IMG/VR virus record: IMGVR_UViG_3300014720_000001
Coordinates: 124,001 to 188,000 of that record
Length of the DNA stretch: 64,000 bases
Strand: one strand, 5' to 3'
Shown here: positions 49,559 through 57,762 of the stretch, one piece after another
Layout of the letters: the number at the start of each line of letters is the position of its first letter
How positions within the stretch are numbered: the first letter of the stretch is position 1
The notes under the pieces: model-generated
Seen by the model: only the letters and a program-made list of their open reading frames with translations
What the model was told of the DNA's origin: nothing
The model's database searches: none
Translations under genes and position numbers: made by a program

Positions 49559-50681
49559 CGTTAGGTTCTCCCGTCATGTATTTTGAAAACTGTACATCAA
49601 GCTCTTTGGTTGCATCTTCGGCCGCCAACAGTGACGCCGCTAGTTTGTAAGCATCTGTGCCGTCGCCGAGCAGGTCGGCCAGCGCAGACAATAAATCGTT
49701 CTTGGCGCCGTCACGTGTACCAGCGCGCTTGTCGGCGTCGTACTTGTTCGTCAGCGCCTCGCAGAACACGTGCGCCGAATCACCAACTGCCGTGACCAAC
49801 CGGATATACGCGTCGGGCAACCGCTTGTCGAATTTCATGCGCACAATTGGCTTCATGATTTCCAGCGGATGACCAGCCTGCATAGCCTCCGAACGCGCCG
49901 CGCTAATATCTCGAACCAGCCACTCAGCGCAGAGATTGTCGAGCAATTCTTGATCCTCGACGCGGTAGTCGAGAAACCGGCGGGTCTTCAGCGGCACAGG
50001 GCGGAACTCAAAATTGCCCTGCCCGTCGTCATAGATAACAAAAAAGAACTTTGACGGATCTTCGCCGCAGTCCTGCATGCAAATCGAACCCGGCGACAGC
50101 ATCTGAATCGGCTGGCCTTGCGCGTTTGCGGCGGTCACTATCTTGGTCACATGAAAGTCGCCGGCCAGCACGGTCCGGACATGATGCACGTCAAACAGGT
50201 CGCACTCGGTGCGGCCTACGTTGCCCATGAAATCTTTCCAGACCTGATGCACAATCAAGATATCAGTATCTTCCGGCACTTCTTTGAACGCCGTCTGAAT
50301 CTCGCCGCGCGGTAACCAGTCAAGGCCGTACACGCGCACACCGTTGATCGTTACGGTTTGCTTATGGATGTGCCGCGACCACTTATGCACGCTCAACCAC
50401 GGCGCATTGCGGTCGTACTCGTGATTACCCTGAATGTAGTTCACGTCGAGGTTCGCGGCCTGCATGCGGCTCAGCCCGTTACACAACTGCGCAATCGGTC
50501 GAGCTGCGTTGCTTTTCTTCTCCAGCACGTCGCCGCCCAGAATTAACTGCAAGCCGTGATTGATGCAGTAGTCGATGATCTGATTAAAACTGTAATACGC
50601 GTCGCCGTAGATTCCGGGCCGCGTTGACCATGCACCATCTTCAAGGTGCAGGTCAGCGGTAAACACAAAAAGAGGTCTCAC
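49500..50681 (-). CDS. sbcD: SbcD/Mre11 metallophosphoesterase nuclease
   Basis: ADLHL, GGDV, GNHE, VHQ, GDFH, PGS; adjacent to sbcC. Confidence 0.9.
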   Translation of the reverse strand: MRPLFVFTADLHLEDGAWSTRPGIYGDAYYSFNQIIDYCINHGLQLILGGDVLEKKSNAARPIAQLCNGLSRMQAANLDVNYIQGNHEYDRNAPWLSVHKWSRHIHKQTVTINGVRVYGLDWLPRGEIQTAFKEVPEDTDILIVHQVWKDFMGNVGRTECDLFDVHHVRTVLAGDFHVTKIVTAANAQGQPIQMLSPGSICMQDCGEDPSKFFFVIYDDGQGNFEFRPVPLKTRRFLDYRVEDQELLDNLCAEWLVRDISAARSEAMQAGHPLEIMKPIVRMKFDKRLPDAYIRLVTAVGDSAHVFCEALTNKYDADKRAGTRDGAKNDLLSALADLLGDGTDAYKLAASLLAAEDATKELDVQFSKYMTGEPNDAALATGSEELGTPPLSSV

Positions 50682-50690
50682 GCCCCGCTC

Positions 50691-51314
50691 CTAGTCTTTG
50701 TCGTCCTCGTCGTCGTACTCGCTGTCGTCTTCTTCATCTTCGAAATACTCTTGTTCGTCATACTGCTTGCTGTTGTTCTTCTGGCCGTACGGAAGTTGCC
50801 AGTATGGATTTACCGGCGCATCCGGTACGCCGTAGCCGTAGTCGAACGGTTTAAATAGCTTTATCAACGTGGCGATGTACGAACCGGCAATCTTAGGTAA
50901 TTTGTTTACATCAATAGATTGAATCGTGTGCGCCATTTCCTTCCACGATTCGGGTTCGCCGCTGAACCACCCGTCGTCTTTCTTTTTGCCTTTCGGCGTG
51001 GTGGTGACCACCTTGAAAAACGACAGCGTGAACAGCTCAGCTAGCTCCTCCATCGTCGGCGGCGGCGGCGCGATCGCTTTGTGCTTGAGTCTGTGCTTTT
51101 TCTGCAGCGCCATCAACTCGCCGTCGAATTCGGCCTGCAGCGTCCGCAATTCACGGGCTAGCCGGGCTGTCGGCACGATCTCTTTGGCGCCGAGGTTCGT
51201 GGGGTTCATCAGATCGAGAACCGACCACAGCAGCAGATAGTCACGCCTCATGGCCGCGACATACGTGCGAATAAACTGGCGCTCTGCTTTAGAGATGTTG
51301 TTCAAATTGAACAT
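50691..51314 (-). CDS. Hypothetical protein with acidic tail
   Basis: 207-aa ORF. Confidence 0.65.
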   Translation of the reverse strand: MFNLNNISKAERQFIRTYVAAMRRDYLLLWSVLDLMNPTNLGAKEIVPTARLARELRTLQAEFDGELMALQKKHRLKHKAIAPPPPTMEELAELFTLSFFKVVTTTPKGKKKDDGWFSGEPESWKEMAHTIQSIDVNKLPKIAGSYIATLIKLFKPFDYGYGVPDAPVNPYWQLPYGQKNNSKQYDEQEYFEDEEDDSEYDDEDDKD

Positions 51315-51348
51315 GCGGCAGCCTTGATTACACGCACGTTGTTAACAA

Positions 51349-51597
51349 TTACTCAGCCGGCGGTTCTTCCGTATCTGCGGCGCCTGCGCGCTGGATTATA
51401 CCGTCGCGTTCAAGATCCTCCAGAAGCGGTTGCAGGCGGCGCAAGAACGAGCAAGTCATGTTTAACCAGCTCACCAACTCTTCTGGCGACCGCGTTAAAA
51501 ACTTCGCCTTTAGCTCCTCTTCTGTAAGATGCTCAACTTCTATATTGTGCCATTCACCGTCGCGCTCAACGCGCAAATAAGCCCCTGTCATAAACAC
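51349..51597 (-). CDS. Hypothetical protein
   Basis: 82-aa ORF with GGAG RBS. Confidence 0.6.
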   Translation of the reverse strand: MFMTGAYLRVERDGEWHNIEVEHLTEEELKAKFLTRSPEELVSWLNMTCSFLRRLQPLLEDLERDGIIQRAGAADTEEPPAE

Positions 51598-51622
51598 TCC
51601 GTAGCTAGCGTCAGCCTCCGAA

Positions 51623-51698
51623 TAGCCGGGGTGAGATTCGAACTCACGGTCCCTAGCTTATGAGGCTAGTGAGGACGACCAGACTCCTCTACCCGGCG
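51623..51698 (-). tRNA. tRNA with CAT anticodon (Met, initiator-like acceptor)
   Basis: Cloverleaf CGCCGGG/CCCGGCT, GAGG/CCTC, CTAGC-CTCATAA-GCTAG, GTGAG-TTCGAAT-CTCAC; CCA not encoded. Confidence 0.9.
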
Positions 51699-51732
51699 GC
51701 AGCTCTTATTGTGCCGCCGGGTGAGAAAATAG

Positions 51733-52089
51733 TCAATCGTAAACAGTGTCGTTGATCAGAACGACATGCGCCGTGTATCGCCCGCAGTACGTAGCGAACA
51801 CAGACCACCCGCGATACTCAGGGAACCGAATAAACGTCCACTGATCTTTTTTATCGTGGTTTGTATCAAGCGTCCGTTCGTTTGCCGACACCATAATTCC
51901 CGGCAGAGGGTTGCCGGGATGTTCAGGGTCGTTGTCGCTCATCAATCCGTCGATCTCGGCGTACTTGGAGTCAAACCCAAGTTCGAGTGCGACTACGGTA
52001 TCGGACTCGGCAACAATGCCGGCTTCGCGACAGCCGGCTTTGACTTCGCCTTCTTGTATGTCAAGCGGTGTAGTTTTGAATTGACGCAT
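51733..52089 (-). CDS. Hypothetical protein
   Basis: AAGGAG RBS, 118 aa. Confidence 0.65.
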   Translation of the reverse strand: MRQFKTTPLDIQEGEVKAGCREAGIVAESDTVVALELGFDSKYAEIDGLMSDNDPEHPGNPLPGIMVSANERTLDTNHDKKDQWTFIRFPEYRGWSVFATYCGRYTAHVVLINDTVYD

Positions 52090-52098
52090 TGGTCTCCT

Positions 52099-52362
52099 TC
52101 AGTCGTAAACGCCGTGTTCTACGCGCGTAGTCGTGTCGTCGTCCACTTTTTGCTTGAATTCGTCAAGCTTAAGCGTCGCCTTAAAGCTATCAAAAGCCTT
52201 ATCGACACGCAGTTTGGTCATTGTCGAAATGCCGAGCAACGCATTAGCGACATCATCCGTATCCATGTCGCGCTCTAAGATCGCCTCTACCACCAGATCA
52301 ATGTCGTCGGCGATGTTGTAGAGGTTTGTGATATCCGTCTCAAGTTGAAAGCGATCAGCCAT
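52099..52362 (-). CDS. Hypothetical protein
   Basis: AAGGA RBS, 87 aa. Confidence 0.65.
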   Translation of the reverse strand: MADRFQLETDITNLYNIADDIDLVVEAILERDMDTDDVANALLGISTMTKLRVDKAFDSFKATLKLDEFKQKVDDDTTTRVEHGVYD

Positions 52363-52380
52363 GTTTTTCCTTTTTACACG

Positions 52381-52743
52381 TTATCGATTAATAGTTTTAT
52401 TCTGTTTTGGCAGACGAGAAAGTTGACTATACCACCAACGCGACCGCGCGTATTCGCAAAAATCGCGTAGTTCGACATCAAGACCGGGCCAAGAAGCGAG
52501 CGCGTCGTACAGATAATACCAATCCGTAATTGCGTCTAATTTCCAAGCACGAATAGCCTTCATATCAGCTGCGATTTCTTTCAAATCAACACCGACGAGC
52601 GGCGCGTAATCAATCATTATGCGGCAAATGTTTTTAATTAGGTGTTTACGCAGCGGCCAACCGACTAACCGCCGTTCCGTTTTTTGCTTGGCTGTCCGGT
52701 AAGCCTGATAAACCAAATTACGCTTACGCATATTATTCTCCAA
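52381..52743 (-). CDS. Hypothetical protein
   Basis: AT-richer ORF downstream of tRNA-Gln; true start probably the internal MRKRN. Confidence 0.55.
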   Translation of the reverse strand: MENNMRKRNLVYQAYRTAKQKTERRLVGWPLRKHLIKNICRIMIDYAPLVGVDLKEIAADMKAIRAWKLDAITDWYYLYDALASWPGLDVELRDFCEYARSRWWYSQLSRLPKQNKTINR

Positions 52744-52764
52744 AAGTAAAGTAAAACAAAACCA

Positions 52765-52835
52765 ATGCCCGACTAGGATTCGAACCTAGACAAAAAGAAT
52801 CAAAATCTCTTGTGCTACCGTTACACCATCGGGCA
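52765..52835 (-). tRNA. tRNA-Gln(TTG)
   Basis: TGCCCGA/TCGGGCA acceptor, GTG/CAC D-stem, AGAGA-TTTTGAT-TCTTT, CTAGG-TTCGAAT-CCTAG; CCA not encoded. Confidence 0.9.
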
Positions 52836-52859
52836 ACCGCGCATTGATTCCGTTCATTT

Positions 52860-52998
52860 ACGCTCTTCTGGCGCCCACCTTGAGTACCGTCTTGTTGAGC
52901 GTCGCCAGCTCGTGGTTATGACCCACTCACGGTTTGGGTGCCGGGCCGTCGACATACGTCACGGCTTCAGGGATTTCAACCGGGGCGCCGGCACGCCC
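52860..52998 (-). ncRNA. Candidate structured RNA upstream of tRNA-Gln
   Basis: Several complementary blocks, a T-loop-like GGTTGAAATCC and a pseudoknot arrangement (see findings). Confidence 0.3.
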
Positions 52999-53006
52999 GC
53001 CGAGTG

Positions 53007-53285
53007 TCATTCTTCTTCTGCCACGACGTCGTTGAAGCTGACGAACTCGCCGCCCTCGTCGTTAAACAACAGGCCGGGTTCGCCGCCGTCGCCGGCTGCT
53101 TTTGCGGCCCGAGTGGCGTACTTCTTCAGTAGCTTGTAGATCGCTGCGCCCCGTTTGTCGCCAAACTTGATGCACAGTAGCGCCTCTACCGTTAGGTACT
53201 CCTCGTAGCCTTCTTCAACGTTGTCCTCTTCGTACGGATTCTCGTCGTCGATAAACCCGCCGAAATCAAAATTTTCGTTATACAT
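53007..53285 (-). CDS. Acidic hypothetical protein
   Basis: 92-aa ORF. Confidence 0.65.
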   Translation of the reverse strand: MYNENFDFGGFIDDENPYEEDNVEEGYEEYLTVEALLCIKFGDKRGAAIYKLLKKYATRAAKAAGDGGEPGLLFNDEGGEFVSFNDVVAEEE

Positions 53286-53294
53286 AGTGCTGCC

Positions 53295-54455
53295 TTAATA
53301 AATCACGGTCAATGAAACAGCGCAATCGGTGAGCGGAAACAAGTACACACCGCGCGCAGAAAATTGCCTTGGACGATCCAGCCGCATAACAACGCGGCCA
53401 GAATGCAGAAGTGTCGCCACGACGTAAGGCCCGGTTGACGAAACCGAGGCGTCGAGCGAGATAACATAATCCGTACCCGGCACAGGGACTTGGATCGCCG
53501 CGCCTTGCGGGCCTGTGGCGCCAGTAATTCCAAGCCTAACCGCTTCTTTGCCGCCGTCAATAACGCGTTCCAACGACGCTACGTCCTCACGCGGTACAAA
53601 CGCCCAGTGCACCGGCTTTGTAAATTCGCCAAGGTACCCGGGCCGCTCAATCTGCTTGCGCTGCGCTTCGCTGATGACCGCGGCGATCTCAAGATGCCGC
53701 GCAGCAATGTTTACGTAGGCAAGCAGCGCCGGACAGATAGACGCGTAGTCTTCAGCCGTGTTTGTGCCGGTAACCGACGGCGCTGAACGCGGGTTGACCG
53801 GGAAAAACTCGCCGGTCTCAAGTAGCAGGCAATGCGTGTTGGTGCCGTTGTCGAATGAAATACCGCGGTAAGCCGGGCCAAGTTCGCCGCTGGGAAGCTT
53901 ATCGCGAAAATTCACAAGACTGGCCGACAGCGCAGACGCCATCGTGTCTGTGAACTGCGCGGGCGAGAACACACGCGCCAGCATGCGCTCGTTGTAAATC
54001 TCAGGCGCAGACGGGTTCACTGTTAACGGATTTTTTGGGGACTCCGCGACCTCTGCGATCACGGCGTCAAAGATATCTTGGGCAGGAACTTCAGCGCCCG
54101 CCAATCCGTTCTCGATCAGGTCCGAGAACAACACAAGCGCCGCAGTCACAATCGCGGGCGCTGTTTCTTTGGTCGCGCCGTACTGCATCGCGACGTCCAG
54201 CCCGCGATTGAGCGACGCGTGTGTAATCGAAAACGGCACGGCGCCCCAGTTGATGTCGCCAGCTTTCTGTGCCAACGTAGCCAGCGCCTTGATGAACGCC
54301 GGATCTTTCTTCGGCGTGCACGACTGGCGAAACAGTTCGAGCGTGCAGGCCAGCAGCCGTAGCTGCCCCAGATCGTCCGATGCTCGAAACTTTCCTATGA
54401 ACTCCCTAAGTAGAACCGACGGTTTTGGTGATTTGTCCACTGAATACTCCATCAC
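53295..54455 (-). CDS. Hypothetical protein
   Basis: 386-aa ORF; no motif recognised. Confidence 0.7.
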   Translation of the reverse strand: MMEYSVDKSPKPSVLLREFIGKFRASDDLGQLRLLACTLELFRQSCTPKKDPAFIKALATLAQKAGDINWGAVPFSITHASLNRGLDVAMQYGATKETAPAIVTAALVLFSDLIENGLAGAEVPAQDIFDAVIAEVAESPKNPLTVNPSAPEIYNERMLARVFSPAQFTDTMASALSASLVNFRDKLPSGELGPAYRGISFDNGTNTHCLLLETGEFFPVNPRSAPSVTGTNTAEDYASICPALLAYVNIAARHLEIAAVISEAQRKQIERPGYLGEFTKPVHWAFVPREDVASLERVIDGGKEAVRLGITGATGPQGAAIQVPVPGTDYVISLDASVSSTGPYVVATLLHSGRVVMRLDRPRQFSARGVYLFPLTDCAVSLTVIY

Positions 54456-55608
54456 AAGCGTGTAAAAGTGTCATCACGTTCGATTTAAAAGTGCCAGAAA
54501 GATTGTGTGCTGTGCCGCTGTGGCTATTCACATAAGGGGCAAAGTCAGGTTGAACGTGACGGTCGATAAGAACTGCGTGAAAATCTGCCGCGCGCTCCTT
54601 GTCGGACAACGCGCACCGAGCTTGAATAAACAACTGCAATCCGCGCATAGCGTCGCCTATAAACAACACTACGCCGTTTTGCGTTTGACATATCTGACGC
54701 ACTTGCTCGGCAAACACCAGCAAGTCTACGTACGTCGCGGCGCCAAAAGCCGCGCCAATTTCTGCGCCGGGCCCGTCAGGATAAATGTGCCCAGCCATCT
54801 CGCCCAGTTCGACATGAATAGTCGCCGGGACACCCATTGCGTACGCGGACCGCAGCAGGCTGCGCTCTGTCGCGGCGCTAGCTGAATACGCCCACCGACC
54901 AGCCGCCTCGCCGTAACCTAGCCCCTGATTGGCCGCCATACGCGCCACGTAATTCAGGTCGTGCGTGAGTCCCGTTTCGGCCATCCGGATGTCAGCCACG
55001 AGGCCGGCGCCTGTAGTCGCGACGGCGGTCACGTACTTTTTGCGCAGTAGTTCAACGGCAGCGATGCCAGCGCCGGAGTTAATCGCCGGCGCCGAAATAA
55101 ATAACAATACCGGCTGGTCAGCGCCGCGAGCGTTATAGATTGCGCGCGCAACGTCTACGTGCTCGTCGCTAACGGGACAGGGGACCTCAGCGGTTACAGG
55201 CGGCATGGCGTCACACGGCGGAGTCGTGGCCCGAAGGGTGTCGAAAAGCGCAAAGGAACTATTAAGCTGCTTCGGCAGCGCAAGCGCGCTGGGGTCGTCG
55301 CCGGCTGTGGCGCGCAGCATAGCGCCGTTACCCCAAATGAGCCAATTGGCGCTGACGTGTGTGCGGCTGAGCACCTGCGCCAGCAGCGCCGGCGTCACGC
55401 GCAGCCGTCCTGCCAGCACCTGACTCAAGTGCGACGGGTCGAGTGCCAGCGCCCGGGCAAACGCCGGCACATTGTTATCAAAAAGCGTGGCGCAGATGTA
55501 ATCAAGTCTCTGCAGCCACGGTTGGTCGCCGTGTTCCAGTTTGCGCTTGTGCTCTTCGAACTTCTTCTGCTGGTGCGGGCTGCGCTGCCCGTTTTTGGGT
55601 CTCGGCAT
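54406..55608 (-). CDS. XRE-HTH fused to a deoxyhypusine-synthase-like domain
   Basis: AFARALALDPSHLSQVLAG...VSANWLIWGNG (HTH); PVLLFI...VTAVATTGAG...GLGYGEAAG...SLL.SAY.MGVPATIHV (DHS-like). Confidence 0.65.
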   Translation of the reverse strand: MPRPKNGQRSPHQQKKFEEHKRKLEHGDQPWLQRLDYICATLFDNNVPAFARALALDPSHLSQVLAGRLRVTPALLAQVLSRTHVSANWLIWGNGAMLRATAGDDPSALALPKQLNSSFALFDTLRATTPPCDAMPPVTAEVPCPVSDEHVDVARAIYNARGADQPVLLFISAPAINSGAGIAAVELLRKKYVTAVATTGAGLVADIRMAETGLTHDLNYVARMAANQGLGYGEAAGRWAYSASAATERSLLRSAYAMGVPATIHVELGEMAGHIYPDGPGAEIGAAFGAATYVDLLVFAEQVRQICQTQNGVVLFIGDAMRGLQLFIQARCALSDKERAADFHAVLIDRHVQPDFAPYVNSHSGTAHNLSGTFKSNVMTLLHACDGVFSGQITKTVGST

Positions 55609-56599
55609 GGTCGACCTTTCGTTTCTGCTGTGTCACCAAGCTACGCCCGGCTGACCGCAAGATACCAGTCCCCGCTAGTAAACGCATCCGATGCACTGCG
55701 CGCAAGTAGGCGGCTACCAGTTCGTCGTAACCGACGAGCAGCTGTTGCGGGTACCGCGTAAACTCACCAAAGATATGAAAGAAGTCAGACGCCGGTTCGT
55801 TATAGCAGTCCGAGACTTTGATCGACTTTATGTACGTCACGCGGCTACCCCGCACCCGCACTGCCGGCAGCTTTGTCTTTGCCGCGTGCAGAAAAAACTG
55901 GCGTGCTTCAATCAACCAGCCGCCGTCTTGCGGAACTACGGCCAGCCGCCACATCGATCCAAGCACGTGCCTGTTTAATGTCTTAACGCATTTGCTGTAG
56001 GCATCGCGCTCACGCTGAAGCTCGCCCCACAACAACCGCGCGTACACACGCACTTTCTCGGGGCCGCACCCGACGCGCGGATCCCAGTCAGGCGCCGCAA
56101 CAAATCGCGCTGCCACCCGGCACGTCGCGACTAGTTTGGTGTCTTTGTTGTGCCGACCGACAGCCCGCAACTTGTGCTTGACGTCACGATACTGAGCCGC
56201 GCTGATGCGGGCATAACAAAACGGGCAGATGTGCGCCCGGTTGCACGGACGATATACAGCTTTTCGGCGCCAACGAAAGTACATGTACGTCGGCCGGCAA
56301 AACATGCACCGTTGAAACGACAGCCGAAACTTATCAAAGTCAAAGTCAGGTGCGTTCGAGTCGGCATTTGTACCGGTCGGAAACCAGAGCGCCCGAATGG
56401 CCAGCTCTTTTAGTTTCGACACCCACTGCTGCCGAATCGTGTTCGTGCGGCCAGTCACCGTGTTGTGGGTCTTGGCGCCGGTCAGCCCCAGTACAAACTG
56501 CTGCACAAAAATATGCGCAGTCCGCACGCTAATCCGCCGCACTCGCCACGTCGGTATTCTGTACCGGCGAATGAACTCAGCAAACTCAATTAGTGCCAT
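55502..56599 (-). CDS. Degenerate rolling-circle Rep / HUH-fold protein with Zn finger
   Basis: C..C...CNRAHICPFC; GSMWRLAVVPQDGGWLIEARQFF at the expected HUH position; LRAVHRMRLLAGTGILR; start MALIEF. Confidence 0.55.
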   Translation of the reverse strand: MALIEFAEFIRRYRIPTWRVRRISVRTAHIFVQQFVLGLTGAKTHNTVTGRTNTIRQQWVSKLKELAIRALWFPTGTNADSNAPDFDFDKFRLSFQRCMFCRPTYMYFRWRRKAVYRPCNRAHICPFCYARISAAQYRDVKHKLRAVGRHNKDTKLVATCRVAARFVAAPDWDPRVGCGPEKVRVYARLLWGELQRERDAYSKCVKTLNRHVLGSMWRLAVVPQDGGWLIEARQFFLHAAKTKLPAVRVRGSRVTYIKSIKVSDCYNEPASDFFHIFGEFTRYPQQLLVGYDELVAAYLRAVHRMRLLAGTGILRSAGRSLVTQQKRKVDHAETQKRAAQPAPAEEVRRAQAQTGTRRPTVAAET

Positions 56600-56807
56600 G
56601 CGTAGTGAGCGTCTTGGGCCGCGGCGGAATCTTACCAAACCATACCGAGCAGCCTAGCACGATAATACGCATAGCCGGCGCGCTGTGCATGCCAATTGAC
56701 AAGACGTGTCCCAGCCCGACCCAATCAAACCGCACACCCCAGTACCGTTTATCAGTAACGGACAACGTAACCGTCCACGATTCATAGTTGTTAACACTGT
56801 GACTCAT
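56586..56807 (-). CDS. Hypothetical protein
   Basis: ATGA-coupled 73-aa ORF. Confidence 0.5.
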   Translation of the reverse strand: MSHSVNNYESWTVTLSVTDKRYWGVRFDWVGLGHVLSIGMHSAPAMRIIVLGCSVWFGKIPPRPKTLTTHGTN

Positions 56808-56971
56808 TTCTTCGCTTTCTTGCGGCGCTTTGGTTTAGTGGCGTTTTCCAGTTCAGTCCACAACTCTTCAACCGTAAATTGATCGCAGTCAACGGCGCGC
56901 AGAGGGACGTATCGAATCTCATGTAGAAACTGCCGCACGAGCTTTTTCAGTTTTTTCAGTTCGGCGCTCAT
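56804..56971 (-). CDS. 55-aa basic hypothetical protein
   Basis: Read by hand: MSAELKKLKKLVRQFLHEIRYVPLRAVDCDQFTVEELWTELENATKPKRRKKAKK*; GAGG RBS. Confidence 0.6.
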   Translation of the reverse strand: MSAELKKLKKLVRQFLHEIRYVPLRAVDCDQFTVEELWTELENATKPKRRKKAKK

Positions 56972-57218
56972 CGTTTTCCTCTGTTTCGTTTACCAATCTG
57001 TCCAGCGCGGCCATATACGAACACTCCCACTCGTGCGGCGGTTTTGCAGGATATCGCGCGTTCACGTTGTTAAGCAAATCGCTAATGGCGCCACGCAAAC
57101 GCATTACCTCAGCGCGAAGTAGTACAACTTCATCTTGCGCCGCGGCTAATGCAACACCGTCAGCAAGCCATTCGCCTCTCATGCACAAATAGATGTCACC
57201 ACCAAGCTCACCGCTCAT
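56919..57218 (-). CDS. Hypothetical protein
   Basis: ATGA-coupled, AGGAG RBS. Confidence 0.55.
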   Translation of the reverse strand: MSGELGGDIYLCMRGEWLADGVALAAAQDEVVLLRAEVMRLRGAISDLLNNVNARYPAKPPHEWECSYMAALDRLVNETEENDERRTEKTEKARAAVST

Positions 57219-57451
57219 CGCGCATCTCCTTTTTTATTTATCCAGTTGCGCACGTCAACCGGCGGCGGATCAATAGCGTCACGCATTTTGGCGGCAAACG
57301 CGTCACACGCAGATAAAAAATCACGAACGTGCGCGTTTACATACGGCAACGGCACGTCGATGTGATGCTCTAATTTGATTGTGCAGCGATAACCACCGAC
57401 GAGCGGCAAAGATGACATCGCGATAGTTTCAAATTTTGATTCGGTGGTCAT
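57215..57451 (-). CDS. Hypothetical protein
   Basis: ATGA-coupled. Confidence 0.55.
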   Translation of the reverse strand: MTTESKFETIAMSSLPLVGGYRCTIKLEHHIDVPLPYVNAHVRDFLSACDAFAAKMRDAIDPPPVDVRNWINKKGDAR

Positions 57452-57762
57452 TGTTCATTACCTGTTTGATCTAACGCCCACCACGCACCCATCAGCGCCA
57501 AACAAATCGCGAGATATACGCTCGCAATCACCGCGCCCAGCGTGCGTGATTTTGCGCCTGCAACTGAACAGGCCACGCCGTAGGCTACCGGGTACAGCAA
57601 AGACAGCCGCAAGAACGATCCGGCCACCGCAGTTTTTAGCCACGGTGTATTTGGATTTGGCGGCGCGGCCAACCCCATAATGCCCGCCATAAAAATACCG
57701 GGATAAATGCACAACGGTAGCGCGCACAAAACCAAAACAATACCAGCAATTCGGGTACTCAC
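57448..57762 (-). CDS. Three-TM membrane protein
   Basis: Three hydrophobic segments; GTG start coupled to the upstream stop. Confidence 0.6.
   Translation of the reverse strand: MSTRIAGIVLVLCALPLCIYPGIFMAGIMGLAAPPNPNTPWLKTAVAGSFLRLSLLYPVAYGVACSVAGAKSRTLGAVIASVYLAICLALMGAWWALDQTGNEQ

Noticed and set aside
52860-52908. HDV-like ribozyme
   Set aside because: The pseudoknot order resembles P1/P2, but there is no room for P4 or the catalytic J4/2 strand and no P1.1 GG.
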